Shown here one piece after another: positions 57,625 through 64,000 of a DNA stretch of 64,000 nucleotides. This stretch comes from Tubiluchus corallicola (Eukaryota; Animalia; Priapulida): positions 1-64,000 of the forward strand of contig JAQGDQ010000562.1 of assembly GCA_030141605.1 (NCBI GenBank). The letters run 5' to 3'. Numbering within the stretch: the first letter of the stretch is position 1; each line of letters starts with the position of its first letter. Position numbers and translations under genes: made by a program. The notes beneath the pieces are model-generated. The model had not been told where the DNA came from. It worked only from the letters and a program-made list of their open reading frames with translations, and did no database searches.

Positions 57625-59899
57625 TGTTACCAGATGTGTCTACCCTGTGAAATGTAAATACCAAGTGACTTTGTCTGTATAATGCATCTAATACATTCAA
57701 AACAAAATTATGCATCAGTGTTTCAAATCATTAACATACTTTGTTCCAGTTTAATTAAAAAAACATCATCTGTCGAGACAAACACGTGTAACACTTTATA
57801 AGGAGAGATTTCAGCTTAATCAGAACTGCTAAAAGCCTAAACCATGTAGTAAACAATTAAGTTAAATATCAATGTCATAGAAATAAAAATGCAAATCAAA
57901 AAGTTCCAAAAAGCTGCAAATTTGCCTGAAACTCCCTAAAAAACTGGCTTTAAGTGAAAGTCAAAAGTTTCTCATTTTTTCTTTTTCTGCTTATAAACAC
58001 TGTAAGCAGGATGGGGGGGGGGCATATTTTGCCTTGCCTTAGAAAAGAAAATCTGAAAATCCAATTTTAAAGTGGCTCTTCATTGAGACAAAGAATTTAT
58101 TTGAGATGAAGGGCTCTTGTTTGAGGTCCTTTAATTAAGATAAGGACCTCTCCTTAAAGTCCTTTATTTGAAATATGGGGCCCCAGTTATGCAAATGTTG
58201 CTAAAACATATCACAAGTAAAACATATTCGAGACGAGTGCGAGCAAATTGGAAGGTGGCTCCATCTGAGGGGCCCACACAATTTTCTTAGCCTAGAGGCC
58301 CACAAAGGTAATAATCCGGCCCTGAATGCAAGGCTGCTGTTTTTCATCTGAATACATCCCCAATAAAAGCAGTTAATTGCTTAATGGTATAAGAATGCTT
58401 TGTGTGCACGATTTGTGCCTCTATGATCAAACATGAATATGAAAAGAATTTGCTTTATGATTAGTTCTAAGAATAAACCCCCGATTACTCATTTTTAAAA
58501 TCAAATTTGACCAATGGAAGAAACTGTGAAAAAGTCAGGACAACCTGAATTTCAGCTATAAGGCTTTCGATTACAAGTCCAATGCTGCGGAAAGTAAACC
58601 ACACAGTCCCTTCCAAGAGCTCAAAAACAAATCCATCAATTACAACTGTGAATTTACTCAAGTCAGTAGAATTTCTAACCAATATAGAACCTTAACTTTC
58701 AAGGGGGAAGGGCTCAATAGCTCTACTCCTCTCTTCATTCGCTGCTTTCTTAATTGTGTCATATGGGTGTTAAAACAATTACCTATTGCTATGTAGGTAT
58801 TAAGAAACAGTTGTTATACATGTTCCTAATGCATTTAAATTCTTATATACAAGAGACTGGTGTGAATATAAAATTATCTAAAAGATCTAGATCTTTCTTT
58901 TTTGTATTTAATTTAAAGGGCTGTATCATTTTAGTGGCCATAGTATTTAGTAATGTTTCCAATGGGTACCTGGGTATCCGAGTAATTATCCTGATTTATT
59001 TCCTGACCCAGGTACTTCTACCCAGTTCCAACAGTGAAAACGCAGACATTATTTGTGGTATGACATCCATTGTTTAGAACTTAGACTTTAAATGCCACTT
59101 TCTGCTACACACTTCTACAATTAATGTTAGTAAACAAACGAAATAGTTTATTAACATTAAAAAAACATTTCAGGCCACTAACGAAGATACGAACAAACTA
59201 ATTATTAAGTTATTATTAAGTTTGTTAAATTATTAAGTTAAATTATTAGTTTGTTTATTATTAAGTTTAACAGCACATAAAAAGGATAATACAGATTATT
59301 TTATTCCCCTAATTCCTATGCTGTATTAATAGTGCTCTATGTAGTACTACCTAAGCTGGCATAGCTGACTCATTGAGAAAGCGTGCAATTAAGTAATTAA
59401 GAAGTCTAGCAGATAAAAACTCACTGAAAGATTGTGTGGAGGAAAACACTAACTCACAGCTCGTGTGTTCAGGCCTTCAGCCTGTAATAAGTGAAAGCTT
59501 GTTGTTAACATGACAGTGTATTTACTTGAAATGCATCAGTGGTTGTTTTTATTTACAAATATAAATGATTTCAATTTCTTAACTGCTGCTGAATCTTAAC
59601 AATCTGGTACCCGGGTACCTGGACTGGTGTAAGGAAAAGGGCACCGAGTTTCATTTTTGCTATCCATGTAAATACTAGTGCTTAGTAATATATCACAATA
59701 TAATAAAAGAAGATAGAAGAACAAATTATTTCACACATATATAAATTAAGAAAGACATCAGCTTTATGTGCGAGTCTTCCTTTGACTTCTGGTGTTGAAG
59801 CATTGCAGGTGGCTAGTGGGGGGTACCTCAACTGGATCTAAGGTTTTCTAAACTTGCTATTACAAAGCTTGCAAAAATTGAATATAAGCCACTATCTAA

Positions 59900-61330
59900 T
59901 CATCTGAAACATCAAATAAGGAATTTATTTTAAGCAAGTGGTATGGGTAATATTAAGTTCGTTTTCCTATGGCAAAAGCTGTTTCTCTGGCATGTGGAAG
60001 GATGGGAACATTATAATCTTTCAGCTGATTTGGGTAATATCAAATTTTTTTCTCCTACAGCAAAAGCTATTTGTCTGGCACAGGAAGTTGAGAAAAATGA
60101 GGTTGTCATTATCATTCGGTTGATTCCAGAAATTGATTTCGACCCAAACGACAATTTTACAGATATTCCTGTGGCAAAACCTAATTACTGGAATGTACTT
60201 GGATCCTGAAAGAATAGGTCAGAGCCACAAGAACAACTTGGAAAAGATTTAGTCTTGAATTTTTTGCACAGTCTTCCGGATAATGCTGTTTTTGCATTTA
60301 CTGATTGTTCTTGTACAGACAATCCTAATCCTAGGCCATCTAGAGCATGAGTAGTAGTTTATTTTCATATGTTTATTCACATTTTCAGCAGTTTCATCAG
60401 ATCAGTAAACCAGTAGCATTGCATGGATCCATCTTGTTAGCTGAACTCTGCTATTTTTGCTGTGTTACAGTTTGTTGCAGAACTATTAATCTTTATAGTT
60501 ACGGATGTTAGAAATGTCACAGTTTTTTTCAGACAGCCAGTGTTCAGTAGGCAAGGTGTCTTTAGGATGGACTTGTAACTGTTACAAAGATGTACGCGAT
60601 AGTATAAAAAATCATGTTTTCCTTTTAGTATTGATATTCATGTTAACTTTGTATGGGTTCCTAGTCATTGTAGTATTATCGGAAATGATTTCACTGATTC
60701 CTAGACTAAAATGGCTGCCCATGATGCTCAATTTAATGATGTAAATTCCTGTATTTACACTTGCAAGCTCTCAGGAATGCAAGCCGAAAAATTTTACTAC
60801 ACAAATGGCTGTTTCGGTGGAATCATTCTTCAAATGTTAGATTTTCTATCATTTGTGTTCTTTAATAGAAGGCTTGAGTATCCTTTATCTTCAATAGGAG
60901 GCTTGAGTATCCGTTATCTTCAATAGAAGGCTTAATGTGCTATCTTCAATAGAAGGCTTAATATATGTTGTCTTGATTAGAGGGCTTGAGTATCCATTAA
61001 AGAGCCAATTTTCCAAGCTTCTTCAATTACGTACAGGGCACACTAAACTTAGCTACTATCTTCATAAGATTAGTAGCATTGATTGTCCACTCCGTGAGCA
61101 CGGTTCAGTGGAACCTATTGAACATTTTTTGCCTGAGTGTGCACTTTATTCTAATCAAACGGGTGTGCTGTTATACAACATTTTCCAGTATACTGGCTTA
61201 TCTAACTTCAAGTTAGCAGATATATTCTCATGTGAAGATACTGTACAAAGATATTGTGATTTTGATGCGATAATTAAAGACCTTTGTTCTTTTATAGATA
61301 CCACTGAACGTTTAATAAGCAGACGCCATT
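59900..61330 (+). mobile_element. Decayed RNase H-bearing LINE (I/Nimb/Ingi group) 3' part
   Basis: Fragments AFTDCSC, FSDSQCSV and WVPSHCSIIGN (RNase H motifs), then LQLRTGHTKLSYYLHKI...EPIEHFLPECALY (C-terminal finger). Confidence 0.8.
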
Positions 61331-62242
61331 ATAATGCCCATGGTTCGTCAGTGTTAGAGTCACATCACCGTGAACTCCTTTTCAGTTATTTGTCAGAATG
61401 ATAAACTGCTCCTGTGTTGATTAAAGCATCAATGTGAATATGTTGTCGACAGACTTTGATGTTGACAAAAACGCATAATGCACAACACTGACAATAATGG
61501 TTTCTTAGCTTCATGACAACGATCTTGAATTAAGATTATAATCATTGTGCAAAACAAATCAAATGTTAGGAAAATCAACAAGTTAAATAAACAGCAACTA
61601 CTGAACTAGTAGTAGTAGTACGTTATAAATTTAACAAATATGATGATTTTAAGACGTTACAGTTGCCAGTTCCATGATCTATGGGTACCTTTACGGACGT
61701 AACTGAGCTACATGATACGTCTCATACATAATAATAATTCAGAACCGGATTTAATCATAAACTCCCAACTAAAGAGCTCTAAGTTGTTTTACACTATAAC
61801 TTCTTCTAAAATCTGATGTCGGGCGCGGAGTAGGCCATTAGCCAAAGAAGTTCGCTTCTGCTAAAGCGCATGTGGTTAATTTGTGGAAAAGCAGTGACGT
61901 ACGTGGCAGCTCAAGTAGGGCACTGGCGATTTCTGTCGAGAATCGAGTATTATGACATAATAAAACTAAATTTGTTTTAGAAAAAAACTAACTTTATAAT
62001 AATGATGGATAGTCCTTGACAATTTACAAATGTATTTTTTTACAATAATATTATCATTATTATTAGCTCCATTAATATCACCATTACATTAAACTAAGGA
62101 TCTAATGTTTTAAAGAGAGAAATTGTGTAGGGCACATAGTCAGCTAGTCTGTTTACTTAGTAGAAAACAATTATTTGTCCAAGAGGTAATGAAACAGATC
62201 AGCTGTCTGTGAAGCGAGAAAAAATAAGAAATGATATTATAC

Positions 62243-62801
62243 CTGAAGCAAATGTTGGAATCGCCTAAAAAGCGGGCTTATTTCACTTCAAAATTATTAA
62301 CATCGAAGCCAAATTTAATATTGGCCGTTATACTATAAAATTATAGTTCAAAATAAATTCGTTTTCAATTATTATTATCAAATAAACAAGGATAACGAAC
62401 GTTACCAGTACGGTTAACGACTCAATTCGTGACCTGTCGCTACTGTCCTACTTGGGCAACCGATGTATAACACGTACTACTTGGGCTAGCCCATGTACGC
62501 CAAATGTCCTACTTTGGCTAGTGTCCTACCTTGCTCCAAACACTGATAAACGTAGCCAAAGTATACAAAAACAAACGAGGGAATCAGCGCAGTAGTTCGC
62601 GCAGTTAGTGTCGCCCTAGCGGCAGTTCAGTACGGACTGTTGTTGTCAGGTACGATATAGCGCAAGCTGTGTGTACTGTAGCAGATGAATTGATGAGACT
62701 ACCAAAGCAAGACCGGTTAACAGGCGCTCTAAATTGCTCAGCAGTGAGTTGCGAAAACACAAATAAAAATATCTTCTTAAATTTTGCAAGGATGCAGCCA
62801 G
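62243..62801. promoter_or_regulatory. Possible PEX5 promoter/5'UTR exon region, perhaps bidirectional
   Basis: The PEX5 ATG exon has an acceptor at 57645, so an upstream non-coding exon is needed. There is a minus-strand donor CAG|GTATAA at 62243/62242, local CpG enrichment, and plus-strand donor-like sites at ~62650 and 62802. Confidence 0.35.
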
Positions 62802-62993
62802 GTAATTATAATAAAATGTTAATTATAACACAGTTTTGTAACTTTTGTTACAAGTTAAATATTTTGTACACTAAGCAAAGACTGCAAGGCCTACATCTCT
62901 CTTTGGTGATTTATAGCAGCTGTTATATTTTTGAATATTATTTAAAGCATGCATAAGGCACTAAGAATAATTAGTAGTTAAAATAAAAACTAT

Positions 62994-63144
62994 TTTAATG
63001 ATGTAAATTCCTGTATTTACACTTGCAAGATCTCAGGAATGCAAGCCGAAAAATTTTACTACACAAATGGCTGTTTAGGTGGAATCATTCTTCAAATGTT
63101 AGATTTTCTATCATTTGTGTTCTTTAATAGAAGGCTTGAGTATC
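62994..63144 (+). repeat. 151-bp near-identical copy of 60732-60882
   Basis: TTTAATGATGTAAATTCCTG...GAAGGCTTGAGTATC at both places, two substitutions seen. Confidence 0.9.
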
Positions 63145-64000
63145 TCAAGCCTCATATCTCAGCCTCATAGCCTCATATAATCATATCTCATGAATATTAA
63201 TAGGCTTATTTACAAAAGAAGTTAAAAAAGTTGATCATAAAGAAAGTTTGCAAATACCTGGCTCATGTAGTATTCTATTTCTGGAGAAATATTTTCTCTA
63301 AAAACATTCCTATTTAATATGTTCTTATCAGGAAATATAACTTGAAGTAATATTAGGCCTGACTTTCCTGTGTAATACCTTTCATAGAAAAAACTCGATT
63401 TTTTCAGAAGAGCAATTAATTTTTCCAGAATAAAACTTAATCTAAGCATCTACATGTTTTGTTAATTCCAAGTTAAAAGATGTTTAAAAAGCATATAATC
63501 ATACATTGGCCTTTGTTATGAGTTGGAGTTGGTTATGAAATCACGTTGAACAAACGGAGATGCATTTATGACATTACTCCTCTTTTTCATTATCAGTGAA
63601 CAAAAATATAACAAAACAAAACATCAGAGCTGTCATCCTAAGCAGCCGACATTACTTCCACCTATATAACAAGGTCAAAATCTAGTTACGGAATCAGGTG
63701 AGAAGCCAACCTGGCACATAAATTCGAATCGGCAGGCGTGTCATAACACTTTATATATCATGTGCAGACGTCACTTATATTTAGCCTATTTTTTTAAGAT
63801 TCAGTTAGGCTTACGTCAAAATAGGAGTTCATTAAATACAGTTTGCTTACATATAAAAAATGTACTTGTATAAGTGTACTAATAAAACACCTGTGGCTAA
63901 ATCCACTGACAAGTCTTGATAAATATTTATTGATGGGCTTAGGTTAATTGATTTTATACAGGCCTAGGTGCTAAGGGCAATCAATTTATATGGTTAAATA

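Noticed and set aside
62792-62801. ATGCAGCCAG|GTAATT as the first coding exon of a divergent gene
   Set aside because: Only three codons and no downstream exon identifiable in the window; cannot be supported.

Overview
AT-rich eukaryotic (invertebrate animal-like) genomic DNA, not prokaryotic; the ORF track is mostly exon fragments and repeat noise. Four spliced genes could be rebuilt by hand with GT-AG junctions and consistent phases. (1) SF3B4/SAP49 on the minus strand, 5 exons, with the 3' end outside the window. (2) A TP53I3/PIG3-like NADPH:quinone oxidoreductase on the plus strand, 6 coding exons, 352 aa. (3) An unrecognised 3-exon gene for a 200-aa secreted Gly/His/Tyr-rich protein. (4) PEX5 on the minus strand, 14 coding exons, 609 aa. 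Introns and intergenic DNA contain LINE relics, hAT/Tc1/Harbinger-type MITEs and minisatellites. The strongest unexplained signals are a pair of inverted minimal hammerhead ribozymes in intron 1 of the Gly/His-rich gene (the sense copy is split by a LINE-tail insertion), a TSD-bounded 5S-rRNA-headed SINE in SF3B4 intron 1, and a nested hAT element that may supply the oxidoreductase promoter and first exon. All calls come from manual reading; no searches or folding programs were run.
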